The notes beneath the pieces are model-generated. The model worked only from the letters and a program-made list of their open reading frames with translations, did no database searches and was not told the DNA's origin. A DNA stretch of 63,737 bases, the filler included, from Dicyema japonicum (Eukaryota > Animalia > Dicyemida), in NCBI GenBank assembly GCA_011109175.1. It is 7 parts of 7 records of this genome, joined end to end, with 100 filler letters (N's around TTAATTAATTAA, not from the genome) between each part and the next. Parts side by side here need not be neighbours in the genome. Positions count along the whole stretch, not along the records: positions 1 to 14,221 come from RDEW01000212.1; positions 14,322 to 18,103 come from RDEW01000327.1; positions 18,204 to 21,125 come from RDEW01000140.1; positions 21,226 to 29,351 come from RDEW01000044.1; 3 more parts are not named here. One strand, given 5' to 3'. This document shows, one piece after another, positions 13,461-25,691 of the stretch (position 1 is its first letter; the number at the start of each line of letters is the position of its first letter). Both the position numbers and the translations under genes were made by a program.

Positions 13461-14221
13461 AAAGTGATATAAGGAAGTTTGCTGATTATTATACTTTAAT
13501 AGTAAAGTTTATCTATCCAAGATATGCGGGAACATTTTTGGTAATACATAGTCACTATATTGTGACTGAATAGAAAAGAAACGGAGTATGGAATACTCAA
13601 ATACACAAATTGAAGGAGAATTTATAAACAAGACTCTGAACAGATTTATTGTTTATGTTAAATAATTTTAGTTAAAAAATAATTTTTATTAATTAGTCCT
13701 TTCTTTATCTCTGATTAATTTTGGTTAAATAATATGTCTCTGACTGATAAGGCGGACGATTGAAAACTGGCTTACTGGAAAGAAACGACTGGAACCTAGT
13801 CTTTTGGAATAGTTTCATTCAAGCCTTGTTGAATATAAACCTTACTTACATCTCGTTGACTATATTTGAGGCTCACAAAATGCCTTATTGAACTAATCCT
13901 GCTTCTCAAAACCTTTAGATTAGTTAGATTAATAAAAATGACTCATTCAGCTATACGAATGCTTTACTACCAATATACAAATTATTCATATTAATAACTA
14001 CTCATCATTTTAGTCAACTCTTTACTGTTAACCAACCCTCTGTGCAATAGATTGCGGGTGATTACTTGTTTAATTTACGCCAAGATAATACTTTCAGGTT
14101 CACTTGACCACATATGTAAGCATGGATATTTATATCAACTTCAATTCCCCTGTGGAACTTTGTCACGATACAATTACACGTCATTTTAGAAATTAAGAAA
14201 TAATAATTTATCAACCAAAAC

Positions 14222-14321
14222 NNNNNNNNNNNNNNNNNNNNNNNNNNNNNNNNNNNNNNNNNNNNTTAATTAATTAANNNNNNNNNNNNNNNNNNNNNNN
14301 NNNNNNNNNNNNNNNNNNNNN
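14222..14321. other. Assembly linker N44-TTAATTAATTAA-N44 (also 18104-18203, 21126-21225, 29352-29451, 35474-35573, 53900-53999)
   Basis: Identical 100-nt structure six times; the 12-mer gives stops in all six frames. Confidence 0.97.
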
Positions 14322-14703
14322 TATGGATATCATTACAAATGGGTCATTTATAGACTCTTACATATACACGGTAAGAGGGCTAGTTTTCCTTACTCCATAA
14401 GACTATAGCTAAAAAAGAAGAAACCAAAAAGAAAAACGTCTAGTTGAGCCACTTACATACAAATCTTAAAAGAGACGCTACCAGACAGTTAAATTGTCTA
14501 TCATGAGAATATTGAACAATATCATAAATGTGCTGGAATTGACAACCATCAATAATAGTTTATATTCTGTCACAGGCGCTACGAGTTACCGAGCGCTACG
14601 CGCCTGTGACATATTCATTACTTAATAATTTAATTAATTAAATTGAATAGCTGTTAATATAAATATTACTATTTTTTAAATTTATTTAACTCAAGACCAC
14701 GGT

Positions 14704-15820
14704 CTACAACCATCCTCGGAATCGACATTTCGAGGGCCTTCGACTCTGTCGACAGACGGAGGCTAATACTGGTTTTGGAAAGTTTCCTAGACGCTTCAAC
14801 TGTCAGAATGGCCACCACCCTCCTAGCTGATACTTGGCTCACTGTGAGAGTCGGGGGATCCTTGTCTCGCCGATTTGAGACAACTGTTGGCACTCCACAG
14901 GGAGACCCATTATTACCTATACTTTTTGTCATATACCTTGAAGCTGCTTTACGGGAGTCAAAACCGATAATGGGTGAAAAGACAAACATTATTGCGTATG
15001 CTGACGACGTAGACTTTACTTCAAATGACAAAATACCGCTCATCCGCTTGATGGAAGAAGTGTCTGGAAGACTAGCCGAATGGTTCCTAACAGTAAATCC
15101 GGACAAGACTGACGTAACTGAACTCAAGAGGGAAGAAACAAGGACGGAGGAGTACTGGCGCAAATGCAAAAAGCTTGGCTCCCTCCTAGGAGACCATGAA
15201 GAAATTACGAGAAGGAAAACCCTAGCACAAACTGCCCTCTCCAGATTAAAGAACATCTGGCTTCACAAAAAGGGCCTTGACATTATAACAAAAACTCGAT
15301 TATACAACTCGCTAGTGAAACCCATACTACTATATAACGCTGGTACCTGGGCCTGCTCAAGAAATGAACTGAAGAGGCTTAATGCGTTTCATAGAGACCA
15401 ACTACGGCATATGATGTTCGAAAGAAGTGATACGAGGATGTCATCTAATCTTCTTTATAAGAGGACGAAGACCTCAGAAATTTCTAATGAGATTCTGGAT
15501 ACACGATGGAGGCTTTTCGGCCATATTCTGCGACTGGACCTAGATGCCCCCGCGAACGTAGCCATGGAGGATTACTTCATGTTGGAGGCCCCCCGTTTCC
15601 GTGGTCGCCCAAGGACGACACTGGCAGTCGTTCTCGACGAGGACCTCAAAGAAATGGGACGGCATCTTGCAAGTGGAGAGGATCTGGACTGGTTGCGCGC
15701 TGCGGCTTTGAATAGGAGGAAGTGGATGAAACTAACCAGTGATTTGCTAACTCGTGTTGCACATGCTTTGTCAAGTCCTATGACATAGCGATAAGTGCTT
15801 ATAATAATAATAATAATAAA
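14704..15820 (+). mobile_element. RTE-clade LINE, 5'-truncated, open RT C-terminal ORF, (TAA)n tail
   Basis: GIDISRAFDSV, GTPQGDPL, YADD, RWRLFGHILR, RGRPRTTL; ORF ends at 15788; TAA repeats at 15801-15819. Confidence 0.93.
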
Positions 15821-16379
15821 TCAATCATCTTAATGTTTTGAACTCGATTTTTCTGGCAGTGTAGTATCCAATGGTGTCATTCATGTCACGATTAGCTGTG
15901 AGTTCGTGCCGTTACCTACTCAGTAGAAGGTTAAAATTCTGCTCTCTGTCTTTCTGTAGTTTCTTAGATACTTCATGAGATCCACCTAACTTAGAAGGCG
16001 TCCAGTGACCGGCCGGTATCTGGAAAAAATCCTCTATTCCCGCAATGACGGGTATGGATTGGACATGATTTTTGGAAGGGAGGACAAGTATCACTTCAAC
16101 AGGGGGAAATTGACAATATCTGTTTTATATCCTGGATTATTAAAAAAATCAATTTTCTATCACCTGGACGAGTGCAGAGAAGATCACCACTCTGGAAACT
16201 TTAATTTGTGTGCAATGAGTAATATTTCCGCTACATGATGAAGGAACAGTTCTCCATCACAAGGTTGTGTGGTCTCAAGGGCTTACTGAGAGTTAGTAGA
16301 AGCTGGGATTACTTAATTAGTTGGCTTTAACTCCTTTCTTAGTGGATAATACATGAGACTCTTCATCGCCAAAGATATT

Positions 16380-16615
16380 TGTCCTAAACCCGACAGTGAG
16401 TATGAATAATGAAGGACGGTCCTTTATATAAGCGACCAACCATCTGCTCTTTATGGATGACATAAAGTTGACATCCTATGAAGATAACACGACGCTTAGG
16501 ATGGGTAATGAAGTCAAAAATTATTTTGATTTCCACAAATCAGCCACAAACATGTTTGGCTGGGAAAGAAGCTGTCCTCGGTGGAATATAAGGATACCGC
16601 TCTTGGTGTCTCGGT
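16380..16615 (+). mobile_element. R4/Dong-like RT fragment (catalytic motif)
   Basis: TNHLLFMDDIKL. Confidence 0.65.
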
Positions 16616-17689
16616 AAAAATAACTATAATTTTGATGGAAATGGAATTTTAATATAAAGATGCTTGGAAGTAATCAATTAAAATGAAATATGGAGCAATT
16701 TACATGTCCATGTTGGTTTATAAATTGATAAAGATGACAATGAAAATTTACTTCACAGCAAAGACGCAGCTAGCATATCAAAAAAAAGATAAAATTACCT
16801 CTAAACTGAGTTGAATACGACTTGGCTAAAAGAAGTCGAGGGGTGGTATGGGTTTTCTCATACTCGCCTCGAGTGTTTATTCTGGAAGTGATTTGCTTTA
16901 TTTTTGGATTCCAACAGGTAGTGTGTATCTAAGTCCTCCTCGAGTTCACTGGAAGTAAAGATATTTCCATACAGTCCCTAGCTCTCCACCACATTGTATC
17001 TTTTAAAATTACATCCTTGTGGTCATCCTTTTTTCTAGATCGATATTTGTAAGCATGGAATCTNNNNNNNNNNNNNNNNNNNNNNNNNNNNNNNNNNNNN
17101 NNNNNNNNNNNNNNNNNNNNNNNNNNNNNNNNNNNNNNNNNNNNNNNNNNNNNNNNNNNNNNNNNNNNNNNNNNNNNNNNNNNNNNNNNTTCGTTTGACT
17201 TGAAAAGCAAGACATGAGCGTCATCTAACATGAAGATCAGCAAGTACGGGATAACCTCAATAATCTATTCAATCAAATATAAATCCAATCAGAAATTTCA
17301 TTTTTCAATTATAAACCAATTTGAGCTGTTAAACTTCACTGACAACGTAAAGTTAGCATAATAACCTTAGCAGCTAGAGCGCGTGCTTTCAATAACCGAG
17401 GTAGCCTATTGTTCTCGACAATCAGCTGTTGAGGAAGACAATATTGCTTGTAAACCGGAATTTCTTGTTTTGCTGAGTACGAATCCTAGAAGCATCTGCA
17501 TCGGAAACATGTCGGACAACCTCGTCGGTCGTTCGATTTGGGTTTTCTTTACTCAATTCGGCACAGAAGTCCGCATAATCCGATAAATTTAGATGGTTCT
17601 ATCAACAAAACCATTAACGTGTTTTTTTAATATTAAATAAATTATTATTTGTCATTATTTACTCACAATAATTTATTAATTTAATTTAG

Positions 17690-18103
17690 CGCCCTTAACT
17701 TGGTGTCTTGTCACTTACTCGAAAAGGTTTCACCCATTGCGGAAAGGAACGAAAAGAGTCATCAACTTTTCTCCACCACTTGGGGCTTCCCGTAACTATG
17801 TGCTTCCGACTACGTCTGGTGTCATAATTGTTCTGGACTATTGATCCTTCTATGTGGCGACATTGAAACAAAGCCTGGTATACGTGGCGACTTAATTAGA
17901 AGGAAGATTCTGGAACTTTGAGCTCTCCTCTCCGCAAATCAAGCTGACCTTGCTATCATCCTCCACGCCAACATTTTTCTTCCAAGAATACATAGTGATC
18001 CGTAAGGACAATCAGGGAAGACCAGGTAGAGGACTACTCAATTATAAAGAACGACATACCTTTCATTGACGTGAGTCGACGGACCTCCGATCCTTTGAGC
18101 TCT
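17690..18103 (+). mobile_element. 5' end of an APE-type LINE (Ingi-like) with a degenerate 2A-like peptide
   Basis: LLILLCGDIETKPG at 17838-17879, then RKILEL*ALLSANQADLAII and YIVIRKDNQGRPGRGLL (APE N-terminus); cut by a linker. Confidence 0.65.
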
Positions 18104-18231
18104 NNNNNNNNNNNNNNNNNNNNNNNNNNNNNNNNNNNNNNNNNNNNTTAATTAATTAANNNNNNNNNNNNNNNNNNNNNNNNNNNNNNNNNNNNNNNNN
18201 NNNTTATTATAAACATGGCCAATTTAAATGC

Positions 18232-21125
18232 TCAGTAATGACACCGAGAAACGTGTTGAACAAATCTCAAGTCATCGAAAATCTGATATATAAAATTATT
18301 TCAAAAACGAACCTCGTCTACGTTAGAACCAATTTTCCGAGCCAATTCTCTTCTTTCGTACGAATCCAAAAAAATAAATTCATCCAAAAGCTGTTTATCC
18401 AGCACGTCAGATTTATTACCGAAAGAAGAAACTTTGCAATGTTGTTTTCTATCCACTGACAATTATGCAATACCGATAAGCGGCTGGATTAAGATTTGCA
18501 TTATGGGACACACTCCCAGACAACAAATTCTGCAAAATACGAAGACGTTTGAATATTTTCTCGTCTAAAGGAACCAAACATCCAATTCCTCCGTCGTTAT
18601 TTACTAAGCAATGACCCTGAACGATTACTCATGTATGTAATCTGAGGCTGGTTTTGACTTTCCTGGGCCATTCTCCACATGCAAGTAACATTTGACCCAA
18701 TATGGTAAGACATCTTCAAAGTCAGCCACTGACCGCTGCTATTCTCCAAACAAACTGGAAATTAAAAACCAGAAAACCTTCAGGTCGATAATCCAAAACA
18801 TTCACATGCTTATCTACACATGCTAAAAATGTTTAAAACTAAAAAAACCGACGAAAAAAAGTTGTTTTCCGTTAACTAAGTACTCCACTGAGAGGGGCTC
18901 CATTTTTTCGACATGCTATGCAAAGTTATAGACAAAATACTTTAGTAACAAGTGATAAAACCCTATTTTCAGCATCAAAATGAAGCAAGGCAACACTTTT
19001 AACGAGATCGGCCATGAGAATAAAATTATTTAGAGATGTCATTGCAGTGCAGTACACATTTGAGTCCACAAAGGCGATTGCTGTCAATTCATTATCACTG
19101 TGCCGAATTGTCAACACATACACTTTCTGTCCAATCGCTGAAACCAGGTACCCGTTACAACCACACAAGGCAGTAGTCGGACCTCTTTGCTCCTTTCCAT
19201 AAAACTCCTGAAATAAACCGTCAAAAATCAGTCACCTTAAACCGATATTTCAACAGAGGATTCCCAAGTTCGGGGACCACATCAACAATTTGATACAAAT
19301 ACATCTGAATATACTTGAAGGACAAACCTTCCCGCGGGTACTGACTTCCTCTCCGGAACAACTTACTGTGGTCACCGCCAGAAAATCTGTTTTTCCAGTC
19401 GCCGAAGACATCTCCTTTAAAGTTACGAATCTTGCTGATGTCACGTGTTCCCATAACTCAAAACTCGACTCTAAATAAGAATGAATCAGAGACCAACCTT
19501 GTAGTGCTGGCCTCTTCAAAATCTGCAGAGATCAACTTTATATAAAACCAGCTTATCTTGGGTAGAACAAAATTGGGTTCTAGAAGTATAATAATTTGTC
19601 TAAAAAACCTGTATTTACTTGAATAACTTCTCTCTCATCTCTAGCATGTGTACTAGAATATCATTTGGTCTCTCCTCGCTGCAGACAAGAGCGTATAACT
19701 AAAAATGGAATATAAACATGTCACATTTTTTGTCGGATTATAACATATAAAATGAACTGTCGATTTTTGTGTCGTTCTTGTAGAAATCCATTCGTCTTCT
19801 ACCAACGAGCCACACTCCGATTTTAAAGAAGAGATATTCATCACATTCTATAAATTTGTTATGTAATATTACTTGATCGTAAAGTAGATAAAACCATCAA
19901 TACACTCACTGGCGTTACAAAAAGAGTCAAATGATGTAATTGGACCGCTGCCCATTGGATGACTCCGCAGCACTCCATTCGGAGACATTACAAACCAAGT
20001 AGGTTGTGCACCACATAGAAACATCTACAATTATCTATGACTAAATGTACTCCAGAATATCCACCAATGTTGTCAAATGGTCTTAAAATTCTATTTGCCA
20101 ACTTTTTTTGCTGACTTGAGTGCCCAAGTAACAAAGATCCCTTAAGCCGTTTTAAATCTAAGTTTTTGATTGTTTGAAAATGGGTGAAAAGCCTCATAAA
20201 TATGAAATTCGTTGTCATTTGCCACCTGCAAATTTCATCAAACTAATTTACAAATAGAAAATGTCTCCTTAAATTCGTCCCCATCGCCAATAAGACAACC
20301 TCAGTGATTCCTTCTCCATTGAAAAAATTAAACATCCTCCTTCTGCTTATTTGGGAAAGTCGAATGTGGGCTAGGAATGATAGTCTGTCAAAACTACTCC
20401 GTGGAATATTCATTTATGTCGCCAGTTCCGTAGACCAGTCGTCCAAATGTGTGCAAGTTTGAGCTACAAAATAAAATCTCATTTTTCGGCCAAGACCAAA
20501 TCTTAAAAAAATATTGCCATAAAAAACCCTCAAATTGCCACGTTTTCTCGACGAATAATAATTACCCACAACGTTTCCCAGACTATAAATTACTTGAACT
20601 AATAAAACGACTTTTCGGAAGACAAAAACTCCGATTTATCATCGAAAACCGAAAAAGTTGCGATTAAAGAGGAATCCCCAAATTTCAAGGAATCTATCCT
20701 TATTTGAACCCTATCTTCCACAGTGAGTGTATAGAGTTGCCCGCATGAAGACAGGAGCAATAAAAAACCAGAATTCAACACATCGGCACGCTGACAAGCA
20801 CGTGGAAGAGAAACAGAGCCGATTCGACAATCTAGAAATAAGTATTGCTAGCAAATCACTTTTATTGAACAAATAAGCGGATTGTGGACAAACTTGAATA
20901 AAATAGTCCTCCATCAACGTAGAAGCAAATATCGTAGTCTCCATCGTGCTAAATCCCCCGTCTTCAATTTCCGTGATTTCCTCCCCATTTGAGAAGACCT
21001 GTCTCATAACTTAAAGGACAAACCAATGTCCCACTCAATCTACTGATCAGTAAAAGGTCGTGAGAAGCGGATCCTCTTAAACGCAGAGAGAAAAGATCTA
21101 CAGAGTCCGTTAGTCTGAAGGATGT
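18232..21125 (-). CDS. CPSF1: Cleavage and polyadenylation specificity factor subunit 1 (CPSF160), 3' portion, many micro-introns; 5' part lost at the linker
   Basis: GFSTMETTIFA, QRGPTTALCGCNGYLVSAIGQKVY, NFILMADLVKSVALL, DGGIGCLVPLDEKIFKRL, LNPAAYR, ERRELARKIG..IFDDL; introns e.g. 18283-18312 (30 nt) and 18604-18628 (25 nt); TGA at 18232-18234. Confidence 0.93.
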
Positions 21126-21225
21126 NNNNNNNNNNNNNNNNNNNNNNNNNNNNNNNNNNNNNNNNNNNNTTAATTAATTAANNNNNNNNNNNNNNNNNNN
21201 NNNNNNNNNNNNNNNNNNNNNNNNN

Positions 21226-21703
21226 ATTTGATTAGAACCGATGCAGGCTACATTTTTCATATCCAATTTTCCGTCGTTGTGTATTTTCATCATATTAACT
21301 TTTTTATTGACGTCGATGCCAATTACTATAACTTCCTAAAATAGATATTCGCCATTAAAACACTCATAAACTTCACGTGTTTCATATGAGCCGCAAGTTT
21401 ATGCACCAACTTGGACACTGGTAGTATATTACCGGTTTGTTCGTTAAAATATTCACTTTTTGTTACTTAAAGGAAAACTTTCTAATATGGAGAGATTTGT
21501 GGTATAATTCAAAAACTTCTTGTTCTTTTCCGATTATTCCTACTGCTAGACAGTGGGTGATTAGAAATATTCTGCAGCAATGATCGAAAGAAACTATAAA
21601 TTAGTGAAAATTCACGTTGAGGGAAATTGTTGTCTCCAAGAGAATCAGAGGCAATCATAGCACAGTCAGAATAAATAAACGCAATAATTGCGTTAGTACT
21701 CAT
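21226..21703 (-). CDS. Divergent proteasome beta (beta5-like, Ntn-hydrolase fold) subunit, copy A; 3' end lost at the linker
   Basis: Removing GT-AG introns 21594-21615, 21456-21478 and 21336-21361 gives an open frame MSTNAIIAFIYSDCAMIASDS...CCRIFLITHCLAVGIIG...ILPVSKLVHKLA...VIVIGID...VACIGS, colinear with beta5 TTTLAF..GVIVAADS..KKVIEIN..TMAG..ISVAAASKLLA..MICGWD..FSVGS. Confidence 0.75.
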
Positions 21704-21819
21704 TTTTATTATAAATTTATGTAATTTATCATTTAATCATTTTATTATTTTAAATGGTTTACCAAAATAAAAAATATTTTTTTAAAGTTTTTTTTTTATT
21801 TAAAAAATCAGCAACTTCA

Positions 21820-22358
21820 TTATTGTTAAACAAGGTCGGCATCCCTTTCCACAGATGTCAAAGGATCTTGGGTGTAACAATTGATATGCATCTCTGTTTA
21901 ACACCTCACGTAGAAAACATTCTATTGAAATGCGAAAAGAAACTGAACGTATTAAAAAGTTTATCGGGAATATGGAAGAGTGGTACTCACCCAGTCTTGA
22001 TGAACGTATACAAGCACTACATCGAGCCATGTTTCTCATATGCATGCGCCTCGTGGGGTCTGTCCATATCTTGGACAAATATGAGGAAAATTGAGGAAAT
22101 ACAAAAGAGGGCTTACAGAGTAACGGAACGTTGGATTGGTGAAGATCATCGAGTTGGACCTACGCCTCTGGAGGCCCTTATGAGACTTGACTCCAGATCA
22201 CGGGAAATTGGCCCTGAAAATTCAGGCAGCCGTCCTGTACGTTCATGCGCGGGCACGAAGGAAGAACGACGGGCAAAGATGAGGTCTTTGTTAAAATGCA
22301 TCGGGATCACTTGATAATTAGTTTTGTTTTACCGTGTTCTTGGGTTAAATAAAAAAAA
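21820..22358 (+). mobile_element. GIT-family LINE 3' fragment
   Basis: ILGVTIDMHLCLTPHV, SYACASWG, IQKRAYR, ends KCIGIT*; short UTR and A tail. Confidence 0.85.
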
Positions 22359-22448
22359 ATTGTTGACTTTCCACACTTAACAAGTCTTTTTTGAGCGTCT
22401 GAGCCACGTCAACATCTCAGCCTTTTCAACCAGTTGGCAAGTTAAGAA

Positions 22449-22517
22449 TGACCCCACTGGAATGCGAACCCCCGAACTCCCAGTTTTGATGAAACCCCTA
22501 CCACTAGACCAACAGGC
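22449..22517 (-). mobile_element. tRNA-like head (SINE or pseudo-tRNA)
   Basis: A box TGGTCTAGTGG and B box GGTTCGCATTCC at tRNA spacing; acceptor and anticodon stems do not pair well. Confidence 0.55.
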
Positions 22518-22599
22518 ACTGCATATGCGGGGCCAAGACCCTTAGTCCTAGAAACTGCGGTATTAAACTAAATATATAATATGAACGAGATTAGTAAGC

Positions 22600-23030
22600 T
22601 CTTACGACAACAAACATTGCTAAGGAAGCGAAACTTTAACAGCCCAATCTACAAAATGGTATGATTTTCTTGGCATGGTATCTCAAACAAACTGCTCTTA
22701 GTAAACGAATATAATATAACTTTTCTATCAATAACGTAATTTTCCCAATCGTTAACGTTGGATAAATGTGTCATCGGTAAAAAGCAAAAATAGAAATTTT
22801 CCATGTCCTTCAACAGGAAATATATGTTTTGCAATCAACTAATATTCTCAATTGGATTGGAAATAATGTGTAAGGGGGTAGATAAAGAATAGGTTGGTTT
22901 GTTGTTCAATAAACTAACATCTGTATAATGACGAATCCGAACATTATCAAAAATAAAGATGGGTCTTCTGAAATACGTTTCACGTAGAGAGCCTGTTTTA
23001 AAAAAGAACAAAATATTATTAGTTTGTTTT
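22600..23030 (-). pseudogene. Fragment paralogous to the LRR region of the ZYG11-like gene
   Basis: FDNVRIRHYTDVSLLNNKP aligns ungapped to FDNVRIIDFEDFSANLNSP near 27430; in-frame stops. Confidence 0.5.
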
Positions 23031-23082
23031 GTATTTCGTAATGATCTTAATCAGACAACAATAATCAGAAAACAAATTTTTT

Positions 23083-23821
23083 TTATAAATCACTAAGTCT
23101 TACACGCTGGTTTCTGTGAATAGTTATTTCTTCAAATTTTCTCTTATCAGAATCGATATTCCACACTAAAACAAGTACAAAAAATACTTCTGACACAAAC
23201 CCCCAAGTGTTTTTCAGTTGCTTCACAAAATAAACAATTAAAGGCGGTTTGGATCGCATTAATTTTTCTTAGCGGTTTATATTTAAAAATACTATAAGTA
23301 ATGGGAACACGTGTACCTGAAAGCTAAGCTCTTGGCAATCTCGAATTGGTTAGAACCGATGCAAACTATGTTTTTTATATCCAGTTCTCCGTACTTGTTT
23401 ATTTTAATCATATTAACTTTCATATTGAAATCAATACCAATGACTATGACATCCTAAATTGTATTATTTCCATTAAAACAGTCATATACGTAAAGGCTTC
23501 CATAAAAGCTATAAGTTTATATGTAAAATTGGAAAATGGCAATATTTTACACTTTTGTGTCCGTAAATATTCACTATTAGTCAGTTAAAGAGAAACTCTC
23601 TTATGCTGATAGATTTATTATATAATTCAATAATTTCATTTTTCTCACCCGCCATCGCAACTACTAGACTTTTGTTGATTAGAAATATTCTGCAGCAATG
23701 ATCGAATGAACCTATAAATTACTAATCAGTCACGATTAGGAACATCGTTTTCTCCAAGAGAATCAGAGGCAATCATTGCGCAATCTGAATAAATGAATGC
23801 AATAATTGCGTTACTAGTCAT
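23083..23821 (-). CDS. Divergent proteasome beta5-like subunit, copy B (about 200 aa)
   Basis: Introns 23712-23733, 23574-23596, 23454-23479 and 23292-23316 give MTSNAIIAFIYSDCAMIASDS...CCRIFLINKSLVVAMAG...VIVIGID..NMIKINKYGE..IVCIGS..AIQTAFNCLFCEAT; last exon uncertain (stop 23083 unspliced, or 23124 with a fifth intron). Confidence 0.78.
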
Positions 23822-24424
23822 TTCTAACATAAAGTTAAGTAATTTAATTTGTACATTTTATTATTCTAAATGGTTTACCAAATTAAAAAAAATATTTTTT
23901 TTAAATTAAAAAATATGTATAATATGCTGTTTATCATGGAAGGGATCATTAAGTTCTTACTCATGAAGCATTTGTACTCGTACGGCAACAAAAATTAAAA
24001 TGAACGACCAATCTCACATAAAGCCATAACAATGATGTGGAATCTTAAATTAATATAGATTGTCGCGTTCTATCAGAGAAGATATTTACAGAACGAGTAT
24101 TATTGGTTTTCAATAATAAAATTTGTCTTTAACTATGTAAAGAACTCCTTGCATTGTTTAGACGAATTTTGGTTTTCAATTCTGAAAACGACAATTTTTC
24201 GATAGCCTAATTCTGAAAAACGACAATTTTCCAGATTAAATAAATATCTACAAAAGGTTTTTTTATTTCATAAAAATAATTGTTCATTCTAATAAATCGA
24301 ACGATAGCTGACGGTTTCGAAGAACGATTGAAAAAAAAACAATAGTAATATTGGCTAGGGACTATTTTTTTAATCTTTCCTCATAAAAATTTTCACAAAG
24401 ACTGTTCATCTCGATCATACTAAT

Positions 24425-24727
24425 TTTTAGGTTTATTCCTATAAACATTTTTGCGAGACAAATGATGCTCTTAGTTACACAATAGTAGCAAAAAACACAA
24501 TTTTAAAAGTCATTCTATTCTTGGTTCTCAACTTTTGTTGCAATAAGTCTATCTATGGATTTCATTTTAAGTGTATTTTTAGGTTTATTGCTATAAACAT
24601 TTTTGCGAGACAAATGATGCTCTTAGTTACACAAAAGTAGCAAAAAACACAATTTTAAAAGTCATTCTATTCTTGGTTCTCAACTTTTGTTGCAATAAGT
24701 CTATCTATGGATTTCATTTTAAGTGTT
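24425..24727. repeat. Tandem duplication, period about 152 bp
   Basis: ttttaggtttatt(c/g)ctataaacatttttgcgagac...ttttaagtgt occurs twice. Confidence 0.9.
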
Positions 24728-24729
24728 TT

Positions 24730-24965
24730 TAAGTAAATTCTATGACATCTGGCAGATTTACTTTCGTCCTCATAACAACCGGCCATTCTTGCCACTTAAA
24801 GGGAAAGTCCATTCTAATACATTTGCAAACAGTCTCCAGCGAGATTTCGTAATTTTTAAGCTTGTTGGCTTCAACCAATTATTTTGTGGACCGATTCACT
24901 CGATACTGGAAGGCAAACCTGCATCAGTTATCTTTTTCAACTTCAGCTGCTGTGTCACCAGCATA
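24730..24965 (-). mobile_element. Old RTE 3' remnant
   Basis: KITKSRWRLFANVL resembles RTE ARWRLFGHIL. Confidence 0.45.
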
Positions 24966-25242
24966 CACTAAATTAGAAATTCGAGAATTGTTCTTTGCGA
25001 GTATATTAGGAAGAATTCTCAAGAGGTGATAGTAAAAACATTTAAAAGAGTTCTGACCCAACTTGGATAAGAAAACGCATATGTATGTAGTAGAGAAAAC
25101 TAATAAAAAATACCTAAGAATAATGGAATGCAACTGATACGTAAAGCCGGTGCATATGTACAACTCGAAGGGAGTCACGAACAAGAGGTCAAGAAAATAT
25201 ATTTATTTTATCTAAATTATTTACGCAATTTACTGGGTTGCC

Positions 25243-25505
25243 CCAAGATTTAGAATAAAAATTATACTGTGTCAAATCGGAACCACTAAGCATGTTATTA
25301 AATCAAAAGGAGACAATTTGGACACGTGTTCCACTGAAAATAAAATAACCGATAATCAAGTACTTCAACAATGCCAAAGATTTAGAATAAAAATTATACT
25401 GTGTCAAATCGGAACCACTAAGCATGTTATTAAATCAAAAGGAGACAATTTGGACACGTGCTCCACTGAAAATAAAATAACCGATAATCAAGTACTTCAA
25501 CAATG
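25243..25505. repeat. Tandem duplication, period about 132 bp
   Basis: aagatttagaataaaa...gtacttcaacaatg occurs twice. Confidence 0.9.
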
Positions 25506-25691
25506 TAACAGAACACCATCATAGCAATGCAAAGAATAACTCTCCCTGTGTTTCTAAATAAGGATCATAATATAAATGGAAAAAAAGTAAAATGTGCAAA
25601 CGACAAAGAATAAACTAATCAAAAATTCACAGCTAATTAATCGAAAAAACCCAGGGGAGCACGTCTGCTTGTGTTGAGGGACTATAGGCTA

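Noticed and set aside
14266-14277. Palindromic TTAATTAATTAA repeated six times
   Set aside because: Always centred in 44+44 Ns; an artificial six-frame-stop contig linker
22449-22517. Functional tRNA gene (also the heads at about 42880-42953 and 54386-54460)
   Set aside because: A and B boxes are present but the cloverleaf is broken; the latter two continue into a SINE body
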